In this document: one piece after another, positions 23,692 to 57,238 of the stretch
How the letters are laid out: each line of letters opens with the position of its first letter
How positions within the stretch are numbered: position 1 is the first letter of the stretch
Assembly: GCA_964035545.1 (NCBI GenBank)
Contig: OZ037769.1
Span: 5,189,929-5,253,928 of the forward strand
Direction: 5' to 3'
From: Bugula neritina
Lineage: Eukaryota; Animalia; Bryozoa
Length of the DNA: 64,000 nucleotides
The notes under the pieces: model-generated
Databases searched by the model: none
What the model saw: only the letters and a program-made list of their open reading frames with translations
Told to the model about the DNA's origin: nothing
Position numbers and translations under genes: made by a program

Positions 23692-26600
23692 ATGATAACA
23701 TTATACTCAGGAAAATACATGCATAGCATCAGATGCATGGTTATTCTCATACTTGTCTGGGCTGTGATTGGCCTAATGTTGATGCATTCAGCCAATGACA
23801 GCAACTGGGACAAATTAGGATTCAAAAGGTAAGATTTTAATACTATATTTATACATAATCAAGTTAAAATATGTTGTGCGTAATATTGGATAACTCACTA
23901 CTTAGATTGTTTTATAATATAATTTAGAAATGGTCAGTTCAGAAATGGATTTGCGAGAGATTATGTGACAACATCAAGTTCAGAGGAATATGATGGGCGG
24001 TCAAAAACTAGTTCAACAACTACTAGTACACAAAGAACTGAACTTACTTCCGGTGCTGCGTTTCATTCCATAACAAAGTCTCAAAATGGTGAAGTTTACA
24101 GTTCAAGTACTAGGTCCAGCACTAGCCCATCTAAACTTAGCATGATCTCTGCTGAAAGTTCCATGTCAAGTGGCAAAGACGCGAAAACTGCTACACTAAA
24201 ACCTAATTCTACAACTTTATCAATATCTCCAAGGTTAATTACAGAACGAACAAAGGATGAAAATGCACCAGGTACATAATTAGCATGGATTTACCATTGC
24301 AACTCCTGCGAATAGTGTACAGCCTTCCTATTACAAAGTTTGTTTTATTAGCAATTTGGAGTTTTAATCATTTAATTAGTAATGCTAAATCAAATTGCCT
24401 GGTAGTTTACACATCTGGACTAGCTTCTGATTTGTAACCCAGGTAATTCAAATAGCTGTAGAGTGCAGGTTCTTTTTATAAAATCTGAAACTAATAAGGG
24501 TTTGCTTTGAATTATAGGGACTGCAGTGTGTAGGGGACCTTACTTGACAGTAAACCAACTAAGCATGTATTGAACCTGCTAGAAGTCTAACTCTAGAAAT
24601 GGTTTTTGCTGATGAGTGGCTGAAATGACATTAATGTTATTTATCGCTCAGATTAGATTTAGCTTCAAAACAGACATATATCCATAAATAAGGGTTTATC
24701 AATTAAGTTTATGACTTACAGATCCTTTAATAAATCTGATTCATTAGATGATTATAATATTATACAAGTTATACTTGAATAACTGCTCATAGTTTTAATG
24801 AAATAGCAGACAACTACAAACATTTAGAGTTTAAAATACTCTATTACATATAAAAAAATTGATCATGGGAAAAAGTTGGTTTCATATAAAGTATAATTGT
24901 AATATATAATGCAGTTATATCATATAAAGAACATGAAAGTTGAAGAAGTTATTGTGCATAGCCAAGCAGATAGTATCAAATTAAAGCAGACTTGTATGCA
25001 ATTAGCATGGCAATGGTATTATAGAGAAAAATATTTGAACCAAATAACACAATCAAACTTTTTCTTGATATACTTATAAGGCATATTAAAGTAACAAAGT
25101 AACAACTGGAAAAATATGTAATTGTCTTTCTTTTTTCCTCAAGCATTATATATACTGCTATAATACTTTTACTCTCACCTGTATTTGAACCCGAGCTATA
25201 ACCATTACACTATAAAGGCCACTGGGTAAACTCACTCAGCTCTCAAGAAATCCTTTGGCCTTTTGTTTGCTTGTGGACACCTTTGCTACCAGTGATTTTC
25301 AATTTTCGCATGCGAAAATACGCACCGTGTGGCCCTAGGCTTAGTCTTCACATAAGGGTCATTAAATAAACTCAGCCTAGTACAACTACCAGCAAAGATT
25401 CTAACATTTTTATATAATTTAAAAATTACGTAGTGCTTTTTCACTATCAGATGACAGATCCTATACAATTTAGGAGAGTTTGGTAAAGGTGTGACCATCG
25501 ACTCAGCTAATTTAACAAGTGAAGCAGTTATGAGATACAAGAAAGGATATGAAATAACTTCATACAATGAGTATTTGAGTGACATGATTTCTACTAGAAG
25601 ACGTCTGCCTGATTACAGAGATCCAGGGTAAATTTTGTTTGTCTAAACTGCTACAATATTATGGTCAGTAATGTGATATATAGTGGTCAGCTTTTACGAC
25701 AGCTTGCATCTGTCTTTATCGAAATACCGGTTTTTCATATTATTAGAACAGAAAATGGAAGTTTCTAATAAGTTAATAGAAGTTTTAAATACAAATACTT
25801 AAAAATATGTTTACGTTAGCATTTATGAAGAGAAGCAATGTGGTTTCGATAGCATTGGGCATATTTTATAGGTGTAAAAACAAAACATATGCTGAAGAAT
25901 TACCAACAACAAGTGTGATACTCATATTTTATAACGAGGCTCTTTCAACTCTGCTCCGTTCTGTATACAGCATTATAGACAGAACTGACCCTAAACTACT
26001 TAAAGAAATCATTCTGGTTGATGACTTCTCTAATAAAAGTAGGTAAACTTTCTGCTAGGGTTATAGTATGGAGTCTCTATTATCCTTTTCCTAGTGCCAT
26101 CTAACCAACCGCATTTGCTTAACTGTAAATATGCGATGGTTGAAAATTTATTAATTCAATCTTTAGCATGATCACATATACTATTTACCTAAAATAAACA
26201 ATAGGTTTTTTCTATCTTTTAGTGTCATGGAAAGTTCTAAACTTTCAAAAGTAATAATACCTTGCTGTATTTTTTTTATAACTTTATTCTGAGGGTTGCT
26301 CTGCAAAGAAATTGCTTTCAATTTAACCAAAAACTGACACCATTTAGAGCCACAAATAATTGAAACTTTGAAAAAAAGGGACATTCTAAACCCTTTTTTT
26401 ATATATTATATACACGCTGTGTTCTAGATTAGAAAAGTAGCAAAATAAGTTATGTTCTGCAAGAACCAAAATTTATAAACAAAATTTATAAAAAAATTAA
26501 AAAACTTAGGTTATGTCAGCTTTTCCACTACTACTCCTGATTGAAAATTTCATGGTAAAATTTTGTAATACACCTGAAAGCACATATGTTACTATTGTAG

Positions 26601-29600
26601 CTGGATTAGGACAAGAACTGGATTACTATGTAAAAGATCTGGAGAAAGTCAATGTTCTTCGTCTAAAGAAAAGAGAAGGTTTAATCAGAGCCAGGTTGGC
26701 TGGTGCTAAAGTTGCTAAAGGTCAAGTCATCACATTCCTTGACTCTCATATCGAATGTACAGAAGGTGAGCTGGTTAAAACATGAAAATTGAGGTTACAA
26801 AGTTTGGAAAAAGTTTTGAGTTAAGAAAATTTCCTATAACTTAAAAATTATTTTTCTCATAAAATGTGGTAATTTAAAAATAATGTTTCGATATTTAAAT
26901 GTTTTCATTGAATAAAATAGTTGATTTAAATCAAAAACTAATTTTCTAAAAGTTATTGAGTTTACTAGCTGATTTTATTAAACTGTTGTGTTTTTTTTGC
27001 AGTGTAAATGACTCTTTACGTATATATTATTTCATTATAAAATTAATTATGTTTGCAAGTGTAAAACTATAAGTATACAGCATCACAGAGTATGTTTAGC
27101 TACACATGCAGTGTCTTTTGTTACGTACAGGGTGGCTTGAACCATTGCTGCATGAAATAAAAAAAGACAAGACAGTTGTAACTGTGCCGTCACTGGATGT
27201 CATTAAACACAACACCTTTCAGTTTGTGCATGTACCTCCAGCTAATGTACTATTGGGAGGGTTTGATTGGAATTTAAACTTTTTGTGGATGTATGTCTCT
27301 AAAAGAGAAAACCTACGACGTAAAAATGATCTTGTAAGCATGAACTATCAATTTTATGATATAACTAACTTACCGCCTTCAGTTTAGTCAATTCATTCTG
27401 ACAAAATTTTTTTTTTAGCTGATAAATAGCTGTCTTTGCTATTTATAGTACCTAAATTATACAGTATACAGGCCGAATTATGCTCAAATTTGAAATATTA
27501 CTGCAGTCAATGATGCATATGAATAAAAAAGACTTAAAGATGTATCACATATTCATGATTTAAAAATTAATTAGTGTTTTAACTAGTTTTAGTAACAAAC
27601 CTACAAACAACATTTTAAAGCACTCAAAAAACTTTTAAAACTAAAAGTTGAGGGAGCGTTTAAGCTTGACTTTTTTGCTTTAACAAATTAAATTATGCAG
27701 AAACTGTACTAATTAACTGACATCCCGATAACCATTAAATGTTGTAGTTGGCACCCATAAACACCCCTGTCATGGTTGGAGGAATTTTTTCCATAGACCG
27801 CGACTATTTCTATAAAATTGGATCATTTGATGAAGGCATGAATGTTTGGGGAGCGGAGCACCTCGACTTATCATTCCGAGTGTGGATGTGTGGTGGTAGT
27901 ATTGTGATAATTCCCTGTTCATCCATTGGTCACATTGCAAAGTAAGACATGTACACATTTAGAACATTGTTGAAACTCATCACTCACAAGTTTAAATAAT
28001 TTTTTGATGAGTTTAGAAAGTCTTTTTAGTAGAGCCAATAGCATTAGACCTAATCAGCTTGATCACTAGCTATCACTTTATGTTTTCAAGCTTTGAATTA
28101 TGCAATTAGATTTTTCATTTGATGTTTGGAAAGATTTGCATCGAATGAAACTACTATACATTATAGCAGTGTAACAAAAGTTCATAGTTAAAGGTGACAT
28201 ATAAAAATAGACTAGACACATCTAAACATATGAAAACTCTTGTGATATTGGCCATGAGGAACTAAACTTGACTTATCTGTTATGCTGAATTTTTTGATTA
28301 GTCAAATCTGTTAGCAGCTGTAATTTGCTTTCAGCCCGTTTCAGCATTTTTTCAAATTTTCAGGTTCCTGAAATAATTTAGGCTTTACCTTGTGTGTTGG
28401 AACCTTAAAGTTCTCAGAAATGTTGAGCGACTTCACAAATGTTAGAGTAGATAACTCCAGATCTCTTGTAAAGTGCGCATTCAATTAAAAATGATTACGA
28501 TTACTTAGAATTACTGAAATGGTTTTTCATAAAATAATACTACTTAAAAAATTGCTTATAAAAATGAATTTATAGAAGCTATAAAAATGTCTCAAAAACT
28601 TATATTTTATGGGCAATTTAATTTTAATTTGTTTTTAAAATTGCAAGAGCATTATATAAAATATGTTATACTGTGTAGCTTATCTTTAAATGACATGAAA
28701 TTTGTTGCTGCGATTTTAGGCCAATTCATCCCTACATATCTTTAAAAGGGTTTTATGATGTAAACCGAAGAAATTCAATTCGATTGGCGGAGGTGTGGTT
28801 AGATGACTACAAACGATACTTCTACAAAAGTTTTAATTTTACACTGGCAAGTCGACACAGCATAATTTAAATGTCTAATATAGCAATTTTAAAAACAACA
28901 TTTAGGATAAAAACAAAAAATAAATAATTCTCTTACCTAACTGGTATGATTTATAAACAAACTTTTATAAAGAAACTGTTGTAATAAACAAGTTAAATTA
29001 AGAAAAATACAGCTATTTCATTATTAGTCATATGTAAGCTAAGTAATGGTTAGCTAAAAGGGAATTTTCAGATTAGAATTCTACTAGGACTTAATAAAGT
29101 TTTTAAAGAGCCAATACGTTGAGTAACTGTTTATGAGTCATAGCTTACATACATCAACAATTATTGTGCTTCCTACCTGTTTTAGGAAGATTTTGGTGAT
29201 GTTTCGGAGAGAAAAGCTTTACGGAAACGATTAAATTGTCATTCCTTTGAGTGGTACCTGAACAACATATTTCCTGAAAGATTTTTGCCTGATGATGCAA
29301 TATTTGGCGGGCAGGTAATGAGTAGAAATTTCAACGAAATAATTTATTTACAATCTGTGTGTTACTTAGGGAAAACTATAGTTAATTGAGATAATGAGAT
29401 ATTTTTTAAAGTAGTCACTAATTCTTCAAGATATTGCATATTTTAATGTTTCTAAATACTATTCAGATCACCAACTTAGGCACACTAAAATGTCTACAAG
29501 CACCCGCAACATATGTCAATACTCCAATGCAACAGAATGACTGTGACCAAAAGAATATAGAACAGCACTGGTTAATGAGTAAGCTAGGGGAGATAAGAAG

Positions 29601-30206
29601 AGATGAGTCATGTCTTGAGTATTTAATAAATCAAAAACATGCTACTATGTTTCTATGTCATGGCCAGCAGTCCAATCAATACTGGGGATACAAATCGGTG
29701 TGTATATACAGAGGTGACAATTCTCATTCTAAAAACAGTGTTGGTGTGTATACATGCAGGAGTGACAATCCCAATTATAAACATTTTCATATGACAACCA
29801 ACACATTTCATATAAACTCAAAATTGGTCTACTGGAAAAAATTGTATATAGCTTTTCATTTTAAAGTAGCAGCTTATATAGAAATTAAACTTGACTTTGC
29901 GTAACTCCTTAGTCTTTCCATCAGTAATATGCAGGCTTTTATTTGGAAGCGCATGCATCTATAAATTATTGAATATAAACATTTTAGAATTCTTAAAAAT
30001 AGTTCACATTTAAGATTTCAGTAAGAGGAACAACATTTTGGATTATTTTCTCTATGAATACATAATTTCAGGGAAATGTGCTGAAACACATTACTACTGG
30101 AGCATGTTTGGAAGCCTCAAAAAATTCCACTGATGTTTTCATGTCAACCTGTGATGAAAACAATATTCTACAAAAGTGGCACTGGAATTCAGGAAATGGA
30201 ATCTAG
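23692..30206 (+). CDS. GALNT: Polypeptide N-acetylgalactosaminyltransferase paralogue G3, complete, 661 aa
   Basis: Exons 23692-23828, 23928-24271, 25474-25627, 25872-26038, 26601-26765, 27131-27333, 27748-27941, 28720-28846 (GC donor), 29186-29314, 29467-29697, 30072-30206 total 1986 nt in frame. Encodes an S/T-rich stem, FYNE, FLDSH, WGAEH and a lectin. Confidence 0.93.
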
Positions 30207-31219
30207 ACAATTTCATTGTAAAATAAGAAGAACGTCACCAATATTACTTTTTCATTATTGACTGCAATGAAGCATATTATATTATTTAAAAAATATGAAA
30301 CTTTGTAGAAATTTAATCCTGGCATTTATTTATCCAACCATGAGCACGAAGATCCGTAAAAGATTTTCAGCATTATATACAGTAAGAATATAAACTATAG
30401 CATTTATTAAATTGTAGCAAAACAGACTAGGAATGAACCAATTTTTTTATGTTATCACCACACAGGCTGTATTCATAGGTATTATCTTTTTTTAGCTAAT
30501 ATTGATGATGATTTCTTTGGTTGAGTACATAATTGACTGATATGCTTTTGAAGCATTGTGGGATTGTAATGCATTACATTAAACAATTTAATAATGATGA
30601 GAAAATAATATGCTTTGATGAGAATGTTCGTGTATTTATAATTTGTATACAAGCAATAAAACTTGTATTTCTATAGCACACTGATGCAAATGTTTAGAAG
30701 ACATCATCAACTTAACAGTAAAAGCTGTAAAATATTTGCATAGAAATTTACTGGCAACGAATTATAAAAGATCATATGAAAGTATTACTGTAAGTAATTT
30801 AGATACTTATGCCAGCAGATGTTTCATATTTCTAATGTTGAATATTCATTATGAGCTGGCCATGAACAAACTGAATTAAGCTCAATTTCAAAAAAAGTCT
30901 TATATACAAAAATTATACAATTTAAAATGACAACAGAATGCATATTATTGAAGGAAAATACGCCCTGAGCTATTCTTGCCTATGGTATATATCTGTTAAC
31001 TAGATTATCCAAACTCTACATTACAAAATCAGTGTTAACAGAAGGTAGCGGCTAAGGAAAAGTCGCATCCTAATAAATACAAGAGGTAGAGACAACTTCG
31101 AGCTAAATTGTTTCAGCAACAGCAGATAAAATCATAACTCATCAACAGTCTGTCATCAATTGTGTATAGGCGTCCCTTTAAACTTTATTTTCTTGTATTT
31201 ATGATGTTATATTTCACTT

Positions 31220-50471
<19,252 letters not shown>

Positions 50472-51265
50472 TCCCAAGGCTCAAAGTATTGACCAAACAA
50501 TAATTACAAGAGTTAAACTAAAAACGTATTTAAAAACCAAATTTAGTTGATGATCACAGTTACTGATTTAGTTTCAATTTGTCCAAAGCAACAATAACCA
50601 CCACTACCCCCACCACCGCCACCACCACCACCTAATACTCCTAAATAAATTTGTATGTAATAGCTATAAAAATTGAAAACAGAATCGATTACATGTACAA
50701 CAAGTTTAACAAAATTAACAATTAGGTACTTAGTATATACCAATTACTTTTATTTATTTTGGAGCCTAACCTATCTATGACAAAAACACCTTGGCAACTA
50801 TCTCTTAAAATTCTAACTCTGGTTTGATATTGAATCTAATAGTTTGCATACGCATGAATACTTGCTAGTCTCATAAAGAGTCCAATAAAGCAACAAATGA
50901 AAGACTCCCAGAGCATAACTTTTATAAATTGTATACAGCTTTTCACAACTTTAACTAGCACACAATACATGAATTGTTTTGAATGTACATGATTCTAAAA
51001 TAATGGAGACAAAGTAGTAGCTCTGTGAAAATTGTTTACATTCTCAGCTCTGCATTGAGAACCTATGTTATGCAAATGAGTCTACTATGAACTGTAGCTT
51101 GCTATTTATTTTCGTTCCTTTGAAATTCAAGAGAATATTTTACTTATGAAGACTAGATAGGAATGCAAACTTAGTTTTATTTAAGGATATTGCCTGATTT
51201 CATTAAAAGAATGCTATACATTGCTATACATTCTTTTTCTTTCTTTTTCCAAACTTAAAATTTAC

Positions 51266-51712
<447 letters not shown>

Positions 51713-51929
51713 AAGTGTGTATGGATATAATAAGTATTACCTATATATTATAATTATGTAATACAATGAGTCTAGAGAGCTGTATATCATTTGACTACTA
51801 ACTATACTTGTATCTTTATGTTTGATAGGACTCAAGTGACTCTAGGGGTCACCTAGGAGTCAGGAGCATTGCAAAATGCTGGCAGCTTGAGTTTGTGACC
51901 ATGGTGAGGGTGCTCAATCATTTAATGTC

Positions 51930-51969
<40 letters not shown>

Positions 51970-52098
51970 CGTGTGTGTGTGCGTGTGTGTGTGCGTGTGT
52001 GTGTGCGTGTGAGTGTGCGTGTGTGTGTGCGTGTGTGTGTGCGTGTGTGTGTGCGTGTGTGTGTGCGTGTGTGTGTGCGTGTGTGCGTGCGTGCGTGC

Positions 52099-52133
<35 letters not shown>

Positions 52134-52149
52134 ATGATTTTTACCAATA

Positions 52150-52900
52150 TATAATTATGTAATACATTGAGTCTAGAGAGCTGTATATCATTTGACTATT
52201 AACTAAATTATAATTATTTGGTATATAAGGATAAGCTCAACAAAAGTAATAAGTAAGATAATAAATATACAACAAATACTTTACCTGTATTACAGTTTAC
52301 TTCACTGGCAACTCTTCTTCAACATTGAAGCACTGTTTAATGTTCTATTCAAAAAATAGATACGCATCAATAATTGGCTAAGAAACATGCTTAAACCAAT
52401 TGTGTGCAATACAATACAGCTATTGATGTAAAGATCAATGTTTACAAAACAAAATATTGTATAAAACAACAAAGCTGTTTTAAACACCATTCTATATATT
52501 CTGGCACAACTATAAGCACCTTCATCTAACACTATGGACCCTTGTATACTACTAGTCAATTGAGTGCATCTTTACAATTTAGCATTAATCATATAAATTC
52601 TATACATCCTTTCAAATTGTTGACAAGCACAAGATACATGAATGCTACAAAGTGATAAACCTAACAAGCCTATATGATAGTTTCAAATAATTTGTTCACA
52701 TTGACACTTTTATATCCTATCATGCAGCTGAGTCCAACATATTCGGCAACTTGCTATATACGTTGTTGACAAAATATAATTCAGTTAATTTTATGCAACA
52801 TGAAAAAGGTTTATTATAAAAATGATTTTGATCAAATTTTAATCAGCATAAGATAGTAATGTGTGGAAATCTTGAAAACAGCTGCAGAAAACTTTCATCC
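52150..52900 (-). promoter_or_regulatory. Conserved upstream block of G4 (inverted copy of 55940-56845)
   Basis: Reverse-complement homology. On the minus strand: CAGCTG..TATAAAA (52714-52708) and CAG|GTAAAG (52284). Confidence 0.55.
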
Positions 52901-52988
52901 CAAAACATTCGGGTTACACTATATACATATAATGCACCATTACCTTCACGCTTCTAGTACCAATTATGCAAGTCTGTATAATTATATA

Positions 52989-53070
<82 letters not shown>

Positions 53071-53079
53071 TATCTCAAT

Positions 53080-53124
53080 CTGTGGACAGCAGCTGTTTCG
53101 GGATTTGTCCCCTCATCGGCACAG
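53080..53124 (-). ncRNA. Hammerhead ribozyme relic with one core substitution
   Basis: Minus strand ctgtg CCGATGA g ggga-caaa-tccc GAAA cag-ctg-ctg TC^cacag; core U4->C. Abuts (TA)n. Confidence 0.65.
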
Positions 53125-53338
53125 AACAGAGTACTATGGCCCACACCTTCGCAATTGTAGAAGCTTATAGTTTTACTAAAGCATATTTAAAAAGTGTGTA
53201 AACCCAAGCTAGAGTGCTCAAGTGATTCTAGGAGTGACCTAAGAGTCACGAGCATTGCTAAATGCAAGCAGCTTGAGTTTGTGACCATGATGAGAGTGCT
53301 CAATCATTTAATGTCATTGCTGAGCATTAAATGAGAAC

Positions 53339-53385
<47 letters not shown>

Positions 53386-53454
53386 GTATATATATATATA
53401 GATATATCGCAATCGAAATGAGATTTGATTAATATAATGACATTTATTACTGTT

Positions 53455-53504
53455 TTTATCTGACGAGTGCACATCGTTTTGTGTACGAAACTAATAGTAA
53501 TAAA
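53455..53504 (+). ncRNA. Minimal type I hammerhead ribozyme in a tiny fold-back PLE tail
   Basis: tttat CTGACGA gtgcaca-tcgttt-tgtgtac GAAA ctaatag TA^ataaa. Lies within 38-bp inverted arms 53414-53451 / 53496-53533, between (TA)n tracts. Confidence 0.8.
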
Positions 53505-53549
53505 TGTCATTATATTAATCAAATCTCATTTCGTTCCAAAAAAAAAAAC

Positions 53550-53629
<80 letters not shown>

Positions 53630-53689
53630 GCGTGTGCGTGTGGGTGTGCGTGTGCGCGTGCGTGTGCGTGTGTGTGTGTTTATGGAGTG

Positions 53690-55300
53690 CTAAATGGTCA
53701 CAAATTCACTCATTATTTTATCTCATATATGCTCATATTAAAGTATCTAACTATTATATTCTCTCTCATGTGCTCACAAAATGCTCTCATATGTTTATAA
53801 TTTGCTCCCACGCTCTCATTACTTGTGCTCTCAGGTCTATTATTTGGTCTCATACTGTTATTATCTATTCTTGTAGTCCTATTTCTTTTTTTATATGCTC
53901 ATTACTCAGTCACATACCTTCATTATTTATTCTTATATCCCTATTAGTTGCTTTGTTATAGTCATTATTCATTCTCTTATAATGCTAATTATTAAGTTCT
54001 CTCACACCCGTAATACAATACTTGCTCTTGTACATACATTGTTAACTATAATACTACAGGAAACAAAAAAATTGACGTCATCCAAATGAGTAAATAATTT
54101 TATTAGATACATGTGGTCACAATTCTAACATACATAGTCTTAGTAAACCTAAATATAGTGTTAGCAGAAGATCAAAGGTTAGTAGAACCTCATTTTTTAC
54201 TCTTATATTTTAGTTGCACAAATTCCTGTATTTCGTATCTTATTTCACCCACTGATATTTCACACCACCTACACTTCTGACTTTTATCTGCATTTTATTT
54301 CTCTATTAGTATACTATATCAATTAATCTTTATTAGTTTTCACGGTCTACTAGATCTGAATGGTCTAAATGGTCTATTAGATCTACACTAAAGAGCAGTG
54401 AAACAACTTTGTGCAGTACACTGATAACTTTATTTAGCACAATCAAAATCAGTACAGTAAAACTTCAACCATGGTGAAATACTCTACACATTCACACACA
54501 CCCGCGCACGCACGCTCACACAGACAGGCGGACACACACATATACACATAATATACATATATGTATGTACATATATAGACAAACATATATACACATATAT
54601 ATACAATGTATGTGTATATATTTATAGAGTAGTAGAATGGCAAAAAATTCACTAATCATTGCATCTCATATATGCTCATAGTAAAGTATCTAGTCATTAT
54701 TCTCTTTCATATGCTCACAAAACTCGCTCAAAGGTCTATAATTTGCTCCCACACTCTCATTATTCATTTTCTTAGGTCTATTATTTGGTCTCATACTGTT
54801 ATTATCCATTCTCATACTCCTGTTGCTCTCTCTCTTTTATGCTCATTATTCAGTCTTACCCCTCATTCACACTTACCTTAACGTACGTCGTAACGTAAAA
54901 TATCAGCCATTTTTAATGTGTCCGGGCTGAAGTTTTCAAAGTCCGCTATTAGGTACGACCTATGACACTTCATTGGACAATTATATTCAATGAGTTAACG
55001 CAAAAGTTTTTCTGTCCAATAGGAGTCTGCCGTAATTTATTTGAATCAAGCAGTATTTGATCCTACCGTACCGCAACGCCGTACAGGAAGCTCAGACATT
55101 TGTAAAATGGCTGATATTTTACGTTACGACGCACGTTACGGTAAGTGTGAATGAGGGCCTATACCTCTATTATGTACCTACTCCCATATCCCTATTAGTT
55201 GCTCTGTTATAGTCATTATTCATTCTCTTATGCTTATTACTCTCTCTCACACCAGTAGCACAATACTTGCTCTTGCACCTGCATTATGAACTATAATACT
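53690..55300 (+). repeat. Local direct duplication (~53690-54055 and ~54640-55300); second copy interrupted by a MITE
   Basis: Shared sequence aaattcact.at..atctcatatatgctcata..atatccctattagttgct..caatacttgctcttg. Confidence 0.8.
54859..55158. mobile_element. PIF/Harbinger-like MITE
   Basis: ~53-bp TIRs (CCCTCATTCACACTTACC.TAACGT.CGTCGTAACGTAAAATATCAGCCATTTT), 3-bp TTA/CTA flanks and an empty site in the duplicate at ~53910. Confidence 0.85.
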
Positions 55301-55800
55301 GGTATTATCAACTACCGTACCACTGTTCTCACAAACCAGCAAATGTGCATTCGTCACAATACGTATTTGAGTATGTACAGTCTATAGATTATTTGCAACC
55401 TATAAACAAACATAAATTTATTCTTTTAAAGTTTATTTATCTAAATATGTTTGTAAATGTTTCTGAAAGATTTATTGCATATACAACTTTGTTAGGGTTA
55501 AGCAAAACATATTTCAAATTCAAACAAAAAGAAGTTATAAGCTGAAGAAATTACTGATTATATGGTACATCTATTATTTTGCATACATGTTTCCATGACT
55601 TTAGGCCAAATATTTTATATCAGATAAATATATAATAATAATAGGCTTTTCACATCTCTTTAAATTGACTTATATGTTCCATTTTATTGAAAGAATACTA
55701 TTAAAATATCTGATAATATGTACAACTCAACTAAAAGCTTCTAGTCTGAAGAAAATATTTGACAGAAAAGGAATGACAACTACCATTATAAACTATATTG

Positions 55801-55879
<79 letters not shown>

Positions 55880-55939
55880 CGTAATTGGTATTAGCAGCAT
55901 GAAGGTAATGGGTGCATATATAGCATAACCTGAATGCTT

Positions 55940-56845
55940 TGTGATGAAAACTTGCTGCAAATGGTTTCGAGATGTTGACACATCACTGTCTCATGCTGAT
56001 TGAAATTTGATCAAAACATTTTCATAATAAACTTTCTTCTTGTTGCATAAAACTGTGTACATATAAAAATAGTATGTGTAACCAAATTATATTTTGTCAA
56101 CAACATATATAACAAAATGCGGCATATGTTAGACTCAGCTGTGTAATAGGATATAAAAGTGTCAATGTGAACAAATTATCTGGGACTATCATATAGCCTT
56201 GTTAAGTTTATTACTTTGTAGCATTCATGTATCGTGTGCTTGTCAATGATTTGAAAGGCTGTATAGAATTTATATGATTAATGCTAAATTGTAAAGATGC
56301 ACTCAATTGACTAGTAGTGGACTTGGGTCCATAGTGTTAGATTAAGGTGCTTATAGTTATGCTAGAATATATAAAATTGTGTTTGAAATAGCTTTGTTGT
56401 TTTATACAATATTGTGTTTTGTGAACATTCATCTTTACATCAATAGCTGTATTGTATTGCACACAATTGGTTTAAGCATATAATACCAACCATTCATGCA
56501 TATATATTTTTCGAATGAAATAATAACTATTTCATGTCTAGTGTCTACTTATGTGGACACCACTTATACATGCAGTGTACAAAGCGACTCATAAAAAATT
56601 CATGCAAGAAAAAGTTAAACCGTGCTTCAATCTTGATGAAGAGTTGCCAGTAAAGTAAGCTGCAATACAGGTAAAAGTAATTATTGTATATCTATAATCT
56701 TATTCTTACTTTTTACTTTTGTTGAGCTCATTTTTATAACCAGATGATTATGATTCAATCTCTGTTTATCACACATAAACATACAAATATAGTCAGTAGT
56801 CAAATGATTTCCAGCTCTCTAGACTCATTGTATTATTTAATATGT
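55940..56845 (+). promoter_or_regulatory. Conserved upstream block of G5
   Basis: CAGCTG..TATAAAA (56152-56158) and CAG|GTAAAAG (56671); ends ~400 bp before the G5 ATG. Confidence 0.55.
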
Positions 56846-56861
56846 GAGTATTAAACACCAT

Positions 56862-56899
<38 letters not shown>

Positions 56900-56990
56900 C
56901 ACACGCACACGCACGCACACGCACGCACACGCACGCACACGCACGCACACGCAGGCACCCACACGCACACACACACACACACACACACCC

Positions 56991-57144
<154 letters not shown>

Positions 57145-57238
57145 CACAACAAATAATTAATGGAAGTTTTTTGAATATGTTTTTAGTTTCACTCTTGGAA
57201 TTAATGTTTGGTCAATAACCTTAGCCTTAGCAGCGAAA

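Noticed and set aside
24608-24635. CTGATGA..GAAA hammerhead-like string (also 18879)
   Set aside because: No pairing stems I-III or cleavage triplet.
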